24,000 nt of DNA from Candidatus Saccharimonadota bacterium. GTDB taxonomy: Bacteria; Patescibacteriota; Saccharimonadia; UBA4664. Every line of letters starts with the position of its first letter. Position 1 is the first letter of the stretch. Below are positions 1 to 6,917 of this stretch, piece after piece. The DNA lies in NCBI GenBank assembly GCA_029288275.1, contig JARIHM010000085.1:15379-39378 (forward strand). Reading direction: 5' to 3'. A program made the translations under genes and the position numbers. A model generated the notes under the pieces. That model saw only the letters and a program-made list of their open reading frames with translations. It ran no database searches and was not told where the DNA came from.

Positions 1-544
1 GCAGGGTCGTCTCTGATGCCGCGGGTTCGGCCTCGCCCGTCTCGGCCATCGGATCGTAGGCGGCCAGCGCCTGGTCGATCACGGTCTCCTCGATCTCGTG
101 GTAGGGAGGCAATGTCTCGCCCCACCGCGCGATCGGGAAGATGTGCCAGTCCTCGAGGTCGTCCTCGCTGTGGCCGATTACGCCGACACACAGCAGGTCG
201 GTCTCGTCCTCGGCCGGGACCCAGATCTGCAAGAAGTCGAATAGCTCGGTCTGCTCGGCCCAGGCGATGGCCTCGCGGGCCTCGTCCGGCACGCCGGTGG
301 ACAGGTATTCAGTCAGCTCGTCGCAGTCTTCGCAGCCACACTTGGCGTAGGGCAGGAAGCCGTCCCACACCTGCGTTTGGCGGGGCGTGAACTGACGGAA
401 CAGCTGGTTGGCGTGGTTGACGCGCCACTCCGGCAGCCACCCGGCCGCCTCGGCCAGAGCTCTGCTCTCGGTCACCTCGGAGAGATCGGCCTCGGCCGCA
501 TTCGAGATGCCAGCTTCGGGTTGACGGTACAGCTCGACTGCCAT
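1..544 (-). CDS. Hypothetical protein, partial at window edge (MAVELYRQPEAGISNAAEADLSEV...YAKCGCEDCDELTEY...)
   Basis: Open minus frame from ATG at 544 to the window start with no stop; SD-like GAGGAG upstream (gatgaggagtgaccATG); missing from ORF track because it runs off the edge; promoter candidate immediately upstream. Confidence 0.75.
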   Translation of the reverse strand, partial: MAVELYRQPEAGISNAAEADLSEVTESRALAEAAGWLPEWRVNHANQLFRQFTPRQTQVWDGFLPYAKCGCEDCDELTEYLSTGVPDEAREAIAWAEQTELFDFLQIWVPAEDETDLLCVGVIGHSEDDLEDWHIFPIARWGETLPPYHEIEETVIDQALAAYDPMAETGEAEPAASETTL

Positions 545-581
545 GGTCACTCCTCATCACTTGTTGAAGTGCTAAGGAGAT

Positions 582-609
582 ATTATAGAATACTTCTATT
601 TTTAGTCAA
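582..609 (-). promoter_or_regulatory. Sigma70-type promoter for the minus-strand gene 1-544
   Basis: Minus strand TTGACT-N16-TATAAT; the -35 overlaps the TGA stop of the upstream NUDIX gene. Confidence 0.7.
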
Positions 610-1058
610 GAGCAGAATAACTCGGGATGAACCCTCCGGAGCGCTGCTAGGTCGTCTTGTGTGACCAGGCTCAGGCGTAGCCCCAGGCTCTCCAGCTCAC
701 TCGGCCAGAACCAATTGATGGCCGAGCACTTGTCCGGCTCCAAGATCGTTGGTTCACCTTCAATAATTCGACCCAGGAAGGTGGGTGAGAGCCAATGCTG
801 TCCCTCATCGGGAATGATGTGGTCGCAAACATAAAAGGGCTGATCGTCTACCTCAATGGTAATGCCGTATTCTTCCTTCATCTCGCGCTTGATTGCCTGA
901 GCCAGGCGTTCGCCTCGCTCTACTCTGCCACCTGGGAACTCCCAGGTACCAGCTTCATTGCTGGCCTTGGGGCCGCGCTTGGCCAGAAACACCCGGCCAA
1001 GAGTATCGAGCAGTACAACGCCGACGCCTACACCGATATAATCCACTCCTGCTTTCAT
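606..1058 (-). CDS. NUDIX hydrolase (MutT-like)
   Basis: NUDIX box GGRVERGERLAQAIKREMKEEYGI; start at the inner ATG (MKAGVDYI...) preceded by GAGGAGCACC; track ORF extends to 1070. Confidence 0.9.
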   Translation of the reverse strand: MKAGVDYIGVGVGVVLLDTLGRVFLAKRGPKASNEAGTWEFPGGRVERGERLAQAIKREMKEEYGITIEVDDQPFYVCDHIIPDEGQHWLSPTFLGRIIEGEPTILEPDKCSAINWFWPSELESLGLRLSLVTQDDLAALRRVHPELFCS

Positions 1059-1107
1059 GGTGCTCCTCATGCTTGCGCTGATTTGGGCTTGCTCGCTATA
1101 GCAGAAA

Positions 1108-1143
1108 GCCCAGATCCAAGCGACGAAGCTCTCGGATCTGGGC
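1108..1143 (-). terminator. Rho-independent-like terminator for the minus gene ending at 1207
   Basis: Perfect 10-bp inverted repeat GCCCAGATCC/GGATCTGGGC; on the minus strand followed by TTTCT. Confidence 0.5.
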
Positions 1144-1206
1144 GAAAACTAGCAAAGTTCCCGGGGCGACAGGAAGCTTTCGGTGACGCTACGAGCTCCT
1201 TACTCA

Positions 1207-1389
1207 TCAGCAGCGCTCGCTTAGGGCGCTTTCTGGAACGTTCTTGAGTACCTTCCAGGACCCATCCTTTGACCTGTAGGAAATAGTGTAAGTGTGTTTC
1301 CTATCGTTGTAACCTTTGACGAGGGCGTCGCGCATACCATCCGTCGCAGTGGTATTGACCCAGAGATCCTTGCCGACATGCCAGACCAT
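1207..1389 (-). CDS. Hypothetical small protein, 60 aa (MVWHVGKDLWVNTTATDGMRDALVKGYNDRKHTYTISYRSKDGSWKVLKNVPESALSERC)
   Basis: ORF with internal ATG preceded by GAGAGGA; downstream terminator-like hairpin. Confidence 0.6.
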   Translation of the reverse strand: MVWHVGKDLWVNTTATDGMRDALVKGYNDRKHTYTISYRSKDGSWKVLKNVPESALSERC

Positions 1390-1481
1390 GACAATCCTCT
1401 CAGCGGCCCGACGAGCCTGTCTCGCCGGGCCGGGCTTAGTGTAACATAGGTCGTACGAGGAACTAAGCAAAAGGATTTATT

Positions 1482-2783
1482 GTGCTACGAACCATTGTGA
1501 AAGCCCTGATTCCGCGCGGATTATTCCGGGCCATTGAGCCCTATGGCCATCTAGCGGAGGCGGTAATGTGGCAGGTGCTGATGGGCTTTCCGGCGCGCGG
1601 CCTCAAGGTAATTGGCGTGACCGGTACCGATGGCAAGACCACCACTAGCACGCTCATTTATACGATGCTCAATGATGCAGGCCTTAAAACCGGCCTCATG
1701 ACCACCATTGGCTATGGTACGCCTGGCCACTGGCATGATAATCAGGTGCACATGACTACCATGCCGACACGGGCTATGTTGCAACGGATTAGGGCTCTGC
1801 GCCGGCAGGGGATCGAGTGGCTGGTGTTGGAGACGACCAGTCATGCACTGGCCCAGTATCGGGTATGGGGCATTCCTTATAGCCTGGCCGTGATGACCAA
1901 CTTGACGGAGGAGCACCTGGATTACCACGGGACGTTTGAGCGTTACCGCGAGGCCAAGGTGCGCTTGTTCAAGTTGGTGGCGGCCAATACGCGCGGCTTA
2001 CAGACCGGCATTGTGAATGCTGACGATCCGAATGCTTCATACTTTGTGGCGGCCGCGCCGCGCGTATTGCGTTACGGCACGACTATTCAGGCCGATCTGA
2101 AACCAGCTCACGTGGTGAGCACCGCCACCGGTAGTACCTATGACGTAACCTATGATGGCCACACTCTTCACATGACCGTAAATGTGCCAGGAGACTTTAA
2201 TGTGATGAACTCACTGGCTGCCGTGGGCGTGGGCTTGACACTAGGCCTCAAGCCGGCAGCGATTGAGCAAGGAGTAGCGGCGCTCAAAACGGTGGCTGGC
2301 CGCATGAATACCATCGAAGAGGGGCAGAACTTTACGGCCATTGTGGACTTTGCTCACACCCCAGAGTCATTTGAGAAGATATTGAGTAGCATGCGCCGGC
2401 TGGCTAAGGGGCGGCTAATCGTGTTATTTGGCTCGGCTGGGGAGCGCTACGCCGGCAAGCGTGGCACACAGGGGGCCTCGGCCGGTCGCTGGGCCGATCT
2501 GGTAATTGTGACCGAGGAGGACGACCGTGGCGAAGACGGCCGGGCTATCATGAAGCAGATTGCCCAAGGTGCGGAGGCTGAAGGCAAGATTATGGACGAG
2601 AATCTATTTTTGATTGGAGATCGTACCCAAGCTATCACCTTCGCCGTGAAGCAGGCCCGGCCCGGCGATACAGTGCTGTTTCTAGGCAAGGGCCATGAAA
2701 AGACCATTGAACGCGCCGATGGCGTTCATCACTGGGACGAGACGGAGGTGGTGCGCAAGGCGCTGCGTGAGTTACGCTCGTAG
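1482..2783 (+). CDS. murE: Mur ligase family protein, MurE-like (UDP-N-acetylmuramyl-peptide synthetase), lacking the usual N-terminal domain
   Basis: VTGTDGKTTTS P-loop, TSHALAQYRVWGI...VMTNLTEEHLDYHGTFERYREAK, FAHTPESFEKIL, LFGSAGER, GKGHEKT...HWDETEVV. GTG start (alternative GTG 1497). Confidence 0.8.
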   Translation: MLRTIVKALIPRGLFRAIEPYGHLAEAVMWQVLMGFPARGLKVIGVTGTDGKTTTSTLIYTMLNDAGLKTGLMTTIGYGTPGHWHDNQVHMTTMPTRAMLQRIRALRRQGIEWLVLETTSHALAQYRVWGIPYSLAVMTNLTEEHLDYHGTFERYREAKVRLFKLVAANTRGLQTGIVNADDPNASYFVAAAPRVLRYGTTIQADLKPAHVVSTATGSTYDVTYDGHTLHMTVNVPGDFNVMNSLAAVGVGLTLGLKPAAIEQGVAALKTVAGRMNTIEEGQNFTAIVDFAHTPESFEKILSSMRRLAKGRLIVLFGSAGERYAGKRGTQGASAGRWADLVIVTEEDDRGEDGRAIMKQIAQGAEAEGKIMDENLFLIGDRTQAITFAVKQARPGDTVLFLGKGHEKTIERADGVHHWDETEVVRKALRELRS

Positions 2784-3725
2784 CTTATTCTGGGCCAGAT
2801 AGTTGGCGTACCAGCTGTAGTCGCCGCCCAGGAATTTAGCCACCAGCTCGGTCCCAAGCTCGGCGGTTTGGCGCTGCACATCCTGGAGAGGATTGTATTC
2901 CACCACATCGCAGCCCACCACATGCGCATGCGTACCGATGTAGTGGGCGATGGCGGCGATCTCGCGATAGGTGAGGCCCCCGGGATTGGGCATGCCAGCA
3001 CCGGGTGCGTATACCCGGTCGATTACATCCAGATCCAGGCTCACCCACACGTGATCGACCTGTGCAGCCAGCTTATCAATCATGGCAAAGAGCGGCGCGA
3101 GGTTGCTGGTGAGTAGATCATGCAGTGTAAATGCCGGTAATTTTTCGCGGACGATTAGCTCCAGCTCGGCTTGGTCAAAGTCATTCCCGCCAATATGCAG
3201 GAGGTGCTGGCGGGCAATCTTGGTACCGGGCCGGTGGAGCTGAGTCATGGCTGGATCCCCAAAACCTAGCAGCGCTGCCAGATGCATGCCATGAATATTG
3301 CCGGTGAGGGTAGTGTCCGGAGTGTTCATATCGCCGTGGGCATCAAAGTAAATGAGGCCGAGGTTACCCTCCACGGCTGCCGCCGCGCCAGACACCAGCC
3401 CCAGCGTCACCGAATGATCTCCACCCAGACCGACTACTCGGCGCCCTTGCCGCACTAGCCGCTCAGTAAGGCGGGCAGTCTCACTGGACACTCGCACAAT
3501 CTCATCCAGGTGCCGTAGCTTAGGATCGCCCACGGCTACCTTGGCGCGATCAGCACAGGCGATATTACCCTCATCGGTCATATCAAAACCAGCGCTCGCC
3601 AGCTTGCTCATTATGCCCTGATACCGAAATGCATCTGGCCCCACGTCCACACCCAGGTTCTCGGCGCCCAGATCAAGCGGAATACCGATTAATGACACGG
3701 CCTTGGAAGGGGATTGCATCTTCAT
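2772..3725 (-). CDS. Arginase/agmatinase/formiminoglutamase (ureohydrolase) family protein
   Basis: GGDHSVTLG, YFDAHGDMNTP, VSLDLDVIDRVYAPGAGMPNPGG, VVGCDVVEYNP motifs. Confidence 0.9.
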   Translation of the reverse strand: MKMQSPSKAVSLIGIPLDLGAENLGVDVGPDAFRYQGIMSKLASAGFDMTDEGNIACADRAKVAVGDPKLRHLDEIVRVSSETARLTERLVRQGRRVVGLGGDHSVTLGLVSGAAAAVEGNLGLIYFDAHGDMNTPDTTLTGNIHGMHLAALLGFGDPAMTQLHRPGTKIARQHLLHIGGNDFDQAELELIVREKLPAFTLHDLLTSNLAPLFAMIDKLAAQVDHVWVSLDLDVIDRVYAPGAGMPNPGGLTYREIAAIAHYIGTHAHVVGCDVVEYNPLQDVQRQTAELGTELVAKFLGGDYSWYANYLAQNKLRA

Positions 3726-3731
3726 ATGGCG

Positions 3732-3737
3732 ATTATA
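3732..3737 (-). promoter_or_regulatory. Candidate -10 box (TATAAT) of a leaderless transcript of the ureohydrolase gene
   Basis: Minus strand TATAAT-cgccat-ATG; exactly 6 nt between hexamer and start codon. Confidence 0.5.
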
Positions 3738-3751
3738 ACTTGTTTTGTGTC

Positions 3752-3779
3752 TGGACTTTTCTATGGAAGATGTTAATAT
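3752..3779 (+). promoter_or_regulatory. Candidate promoter for the microprotein cluster 3826-4339
   Basis: TGGACT-N16-TAATAT. Confidence 0.35.
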
Positions 3780-3825
3780 GTTTCACGATCCATTTCTCCG
3801 AACAGCGAGAGGCGGTGAATTGACA

Positions 3826-3999
3826 ATGTGCGAGAGAGAAGAGAAGGCTCACAAGGACCGTCGTAGAGAGGTCACAAGAGCCATCAGACGTGGTTCCCGT
3901 GCTGAGATGACGGCTGCTGAACGACGCTACGCCGTCAGGCACCGTCGTAACGTGGTCCATGGCAGAGACATGGACCGGGGCAGCAGCAACCTCTGCTAA
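3826..3999 (+). CDS. Hypothetical basic microprotein, 57 aa (MCEREEKAHKDRRREVTRAIRRGSRAEMTAAERRYAVRHRRNVVHGRDMDRGSSNLC)
   Basis: ATG downstream of GAGAGGCGG; part of a larger track ORF; followed by two further small ORFs and a strong terminator. Confidence 0.5.
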   Translation: MCEREEKAHKDRRREVTRAIRRGSRAEMTAAERRYAVRHRRNVVHGRDMDRGSSNLC

Positions 4000-4027
4000 C
4001 GGCCATCACGAGGATATCCTCGAGACT

Positions 4028-4048
4028 TTTGGCGGAACGGCCGCCAAA
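4028..4048 (+). other. Perfect 8-bp stem-loop between microprotein ORFs
   Basis: TTTGGCGG-aacgg-CCGCCAAA, no T-run, followed by the SD of the next ORF. Confidence 0.6.
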
Positions 4049-4067
4049 TGAGAAGAAGGAGTACTTC

Positions 4068-4199
4068 ATGCTGCGCTGTGACCCGAATCCGAATCCTGAT
4101 ACCCGCCAGGAGCGGCTGGACGCTGCCGCCGAGCAGATGGGCAAGCGGTTCGGCGAAAAGGGCCGGTACCGCGGTCGACGCCCGGGCGACAAGAGCTAG
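4068..4199 (+). CDS. Hypothetical basic microprotein, 43 aa (MLRCDPNPNPDTRQERLDAAAEQMGKRFGEKGRYRGRRPGDKS)
   Basis: ATG preceded by AGAAGGAG; not in ORF track (short). Confidence 0.5.
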   Translation: MLRCDPNPNPDTRQERLDAAAEQMGKRFGEKGRYRGRRPGDKS

Positions 4200-4204
4200 A
4201 GCTA

Positions 4205-4339
4205 ATGTGCGAGAGCAGACCGGAGCCGAATAACGGCTTCAACCCAGCCGGCACCAAGGTGCGCGCTACTACTACGCGTGATCGCAACATCGCTCAGGCG
4301 ACAAGGCATCTGCCGAAGCGCAAGCAGATCGAGAAGTAG
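4205..4339 (+). CDS. Hypothetical basic microprotein, 44 aa (MCESRPEPNNGFNPAGTKVRATTTRDRNIAQATRHLPKRKQIEK)
   Basis: ATG 6 nt after the previous stop, shortly upstream of the terminator; not in ORF track. No strong SD. Confidence 0.45.
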   Translation: MCESRPEPNNGFNPAGTKVRATTTRDRNIAQATRHLPKRKQIEK

Positions 4340-4361
4340 CTCTCTTGCGTTGATGTAGTAA

Positions 4362-4399
4362 GGCCCGTTCCTCCGATTGGAGGAACGGGCCGTTTTTTT
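4362..4399 (+). terminator. Strong rho-independent terminator
   Basis: GGCCCGTTCCTCC-gatt-GGAGGAACGGGCC followed by gTTTTTTT. Confidence 0.95.
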
Positions 4400-4400
4400 G

Positions 4401-4583
4401 TTAGCAGCCGTTTTCCTTTTGCTCTGGCTTGCGCCGGCGCGTTTTAGGTTGACGTGCGGGCCTCAAATCGCCGCAATCGATCACTTTGGTGCTATCTACA
4501 ATCTGAACGATGCAGGCCTCGGTAAGTGCACAATCTGCTCTGGTAACCGGATCTTTGCATTCACCGCAGTGCTTGAAGCGCAA
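4401..4583 (-). CDS. Hypothetical Cys-rich small protein, 60 aa
   Basis: TTG start (TTGCGCTTCAAG...), GAGG-like SD about 10 nt upstream; HCGEC...DC...C...DCGD; convergent with the terminator at 4362-4399. Confidence 0.4.
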   Translation of the reverse strand: MRFKHCGECKDPVTRADCALTEACIVQIVDSTKVIDCGDLRPARQPKTRRRKPEQKENGC

Positions 4584-4828
4584 TGTAGGTTGCCTCTCTG
4601 ATGGTGTGTACGCCTAGCTCTGTGGCTTGAGCTCTCGCGGTGGCTCTGGGCTTTTTGTAGCACGTGGTGTACTGCCAAACACCAGACTATTTTCCTGTGC
4701 GGACTTGATCGTGCATATCCTTTGTGTCCGGCAGATACTTTGCCTTGGGCACCGATCGCATAGCTTCATAGCCCTCCTTCCCAAACCTGCTTGTTACTTG
4801 TACGCATTTCTCCGGCATAGGTCAACTT

Positions 4829-4837
4829 TGCTACACT
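4829..4837 (+). promoter_or_regulatory. Candidate extended -10 box (TGcTACACT) of a leaderless transcript
   Basis: TACACT-acgggt-ATG: 6 nt between -10 and ATG. Confidence 0.4.
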
Positions 4838-4843
4838 ACGGGT

Positions 4844-6193
4844 ATGAACTTTCCAACCTCACTCTTCAAGGCTTATGACATTCGCGGGCTCGTTGGTACT
4901 GAATTAACGCCAGCATTGGCCGAGGGAGTGGGTCGAGCACTGGCCGACTTTCTGCCTGATGAGGGTCCGATATGCGTGGGTTACGATATGCGGCCAGACT
5001 CGCGCGAGCTGGCGGCCGCCATCCGTACCGGCTTGATGCATCAGGGGCGCGAAGTGTATGACATTGGCGAGGTGGCTAGCGATATGATTTACTTTGCCGT
5101 CGGCCACCTGCAGGCTGCTGGCGGGGCCATGGTAACGGCCAGCCACAATCCCGGCGCCTACAACGGCATTAAGCTGTGCGGCCGTGAGGCCCGGCCGATC
5201 GGCATCGAGACTGGGTTGGCCGACCTGCGTGATGCCGTGGCGGCCGATCGCTACAAGGCTGCTGACGCGCCTGGTCGCCATGAACGTCGTAGCATTATGG
5301 AGGCTTGGGTTAAGCATGCGCTCAGTTTTGTGGATGCGGGCGGCCTCAAGCCCTACCACATTGCTGTGGATGCTGGGAATGGTATGGGCGGCCTCGTTAT
5401 GCCGCACCTGGCCGGCAAGTGGCCGCTCACCGTCGAACCGATGTACTTTGAGCTTGATGGTACCTTCCCAAACCATCCGGCCAATCCACTGGTGGCGGAG
5501 AACGATCGCGACCTGATCGCCAAGATTAAGGCGGAGCGGCTGGACTTTGGCCTGGCCTTTGACGGCGATGGCGACCGGGCGGTCATGGTGGACGAGCTGG
5601 GCCGCATCGTTCCGGGCCACATTATGACGGCTATGCTGGCCAAGCATTTCTTAAAGCGTAATCCCGGTGCCAATATCATCTATGATGCCCGCAACAGCCA
5701 CCTGGTACGCGACGTAGTAGAAGAGAACGGCGGGCATGCTATCCGGAGCCGGGTGGGCCATTCGTTTATCAAGGCCGATATGCGCCGGTATGATGCGCCT
5801 TTTGGCGGGGAATTCTCGGGCCATTATTACTTCCGCGATAACTTCTACGCTGATTCGGGCCTCATTGGCGCCCTAGTGGGTATTCAGGTATTGAGTGATA
5901 GTGGCCAAAAGCTTTCTGAACTGGTTGATGAGTATGCAGCTCGGTATGCCCGCTCGCCGGAAATTAACTTCTCGGTGACCGATAAGGATGCCAAAATAGC
6001 TGAGCTGGCCAAGCTGTATGCTGATGGCGCTATTGATCATCTGGACGGACTGACGGTGACCTACCCGGATTGGTGGTTCAACGTCCGGCCGTCCAACACT
6101 GAGCCGTTGTTGCGTCTGAATGTAGAGGCTACCACATCGCAGGTGCTAGCGGAGCAGGAGGCCAAGCTTAAGGCCGTGCTGGGAACTGCATAA
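4844..6193 (+). CDS. Phosphomannomutase/phosphoglucomutase (alpha-D-phosphohexomutase family)
   Basis: AYDIRG, TASHNPGAYNGIKLC, FDGDGDRAVMVDE, GGEFSGHYYF, RPSNTEPLLRLNVE. Confidence 0.95.
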   Translation: MNFPTSLFKAYDIRGLVGTELTPALAEGVGRALADFLPDEGPICVGYDMRPDSRELAAAIRTGLMHQGREVYDIGEVASDMIYFAVGHLQAAGGAMVTASHNPGAYNGIKLCGREARPIGIETGLADLRDAVAADRYKAADAPGRHERRSIMEAWVKHALSFVDAGGLKPYHIAVDAGNGMGGLVMPHLAGKWPLTVEPMYFELDGTFPNHPANPLVAENDRDLIAKIKAERLDFGLAFDGDGDRAVMVDELGRIVPGHIMTAMLAKHFLKRNPGANIIYDARNSHLVRDVVEENGGHAIRSRVGHSFIKADMRRYDAPFGGEFSGHYYFRDNFYADSGLIGALVGIQVLSDSGQKLSELVDEYAARYARSPEINFSVTDKDAKIAELAKLYADGAIDHLDGLTVTYPDWWFNVRPSNTEPLLRLNVEATTSQVLAEQEAKLKAVLGTA

Positions 6194-6264
6194 TCAGGGC
6201 ATAGCCGAGAGCGCGGGCAGCGGCTTCGAACTGATCAAGCTGATGGGGCGGTTGATAGGATAAA

Positions 6265-6288
6265 CCCCTCTGGGGAATCCCAGAGGGG
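6265..6288 (-). terminator. Perfect 10-bp hairpin; possible minus-strand terminator or part of a structured element
   Basis: CCCCTCTGGG-gaat-CCCAGAGGGG; on the minus strand followed by TTTATCC. Confidence 0.45.
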
Positions 6289-6519
6289 CCATGATGCTTC
6301 CTACTTCCTTTGCTCCCAGTGAGCCTCTGGGACGCAATGCCGGCAGCTCGGCTACTTGAGCTTAGCCACGTGTTCTTTTCTTTCCCGCTCCTTTGATCAG
6401 GCTTTTAAGACAGCCTAATCGACTGCACTGCTTCCGGATTGTTGCTGCGCAATCGCTGCAGGGGCTGGCCGAACTGGTTGGTCCGGTTGATTTGGCCACG
6501 GCCGGCCTCCAATCTTATG

Positions 6520-6792
6520 CTAAACTTCTTTGCTCTGGCCGGTCCGCATCTGCTCCAGGCTCTCGCGCAGACCGGGATCGTTGAGGATGCGCGCTGTCTG
6601 AATGGCTTCCAGGGTTCGTTTACCGATTGCCGCCGCAGCGTGGAAATCCCCTGCAAAGGTGGGATCGTCCTTGATCTTGGTGCGTAGTTCCGCGGCAAGG
6701 GCTGGATCATCGTTCAGCTGCTTGATACGCTCGGCGGTACGATCAGGGTCCCTCAAGTCGTTGACGAATGCGGTCCAGTCACGCTCGGTCAT
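6520..6792 (-). CDS. Hypothetical protein, 90 aa (MTERDWTAFVNDLRDPDRTAERIKQLNDDPALAAELRTKIKDDPTF...)
   Basis: ATG at 6792 preceded by AGGAGG (caggaggtagtaATG). Confidence 0.7.
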   Translation of the reverse strand: MTERDWTAFVNDLRDPDRTAERIKQLNDDPALAAELRTKIKDDPTFAGDFHAAAAIGKRTLEAIQTARILNDPGLRESLEQMRTGQSKEV

Positions 6793-6858
6793 TACTACCT
6801 CCTGCACAGAGTCGGTTAGCCTATTATTACACTATCTTTTGGCACTTTTAAATAGATC

Positions 6859-6885
6859 TTGGCACTCACCGCTGTTGAGTGCTAA
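6859..6885 (+). promoter_or_regulatory. CIRCE operator (HrcA binding site) upstream of groES-groEL
   Basis: TTGGCACTC-N9-GAGTGCTAA, near-perfect match to TTAGCACTC-N9-GAGTGCTAA. Confidence 0.93.
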
Positions 6886-6917
6886 AGTATGAGCTGGAAT
6901 AAGCAAGAGGAGACCCT

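Noticed and set aside
16-390. 124-aa Arg/Pro/Ser-rich + strand ORF
   Set aside because: Low-complexity antisense to the open minus-strand gene 1-544, which has a promoter and SD.
6380-6520. SRP 4.5S-like GGAAGCAG string on the minus strand
   Set aside because: Only the short string CCGGAAGCAG is present; the symmetric loop and flanking helices of SRP domain IV are not found.
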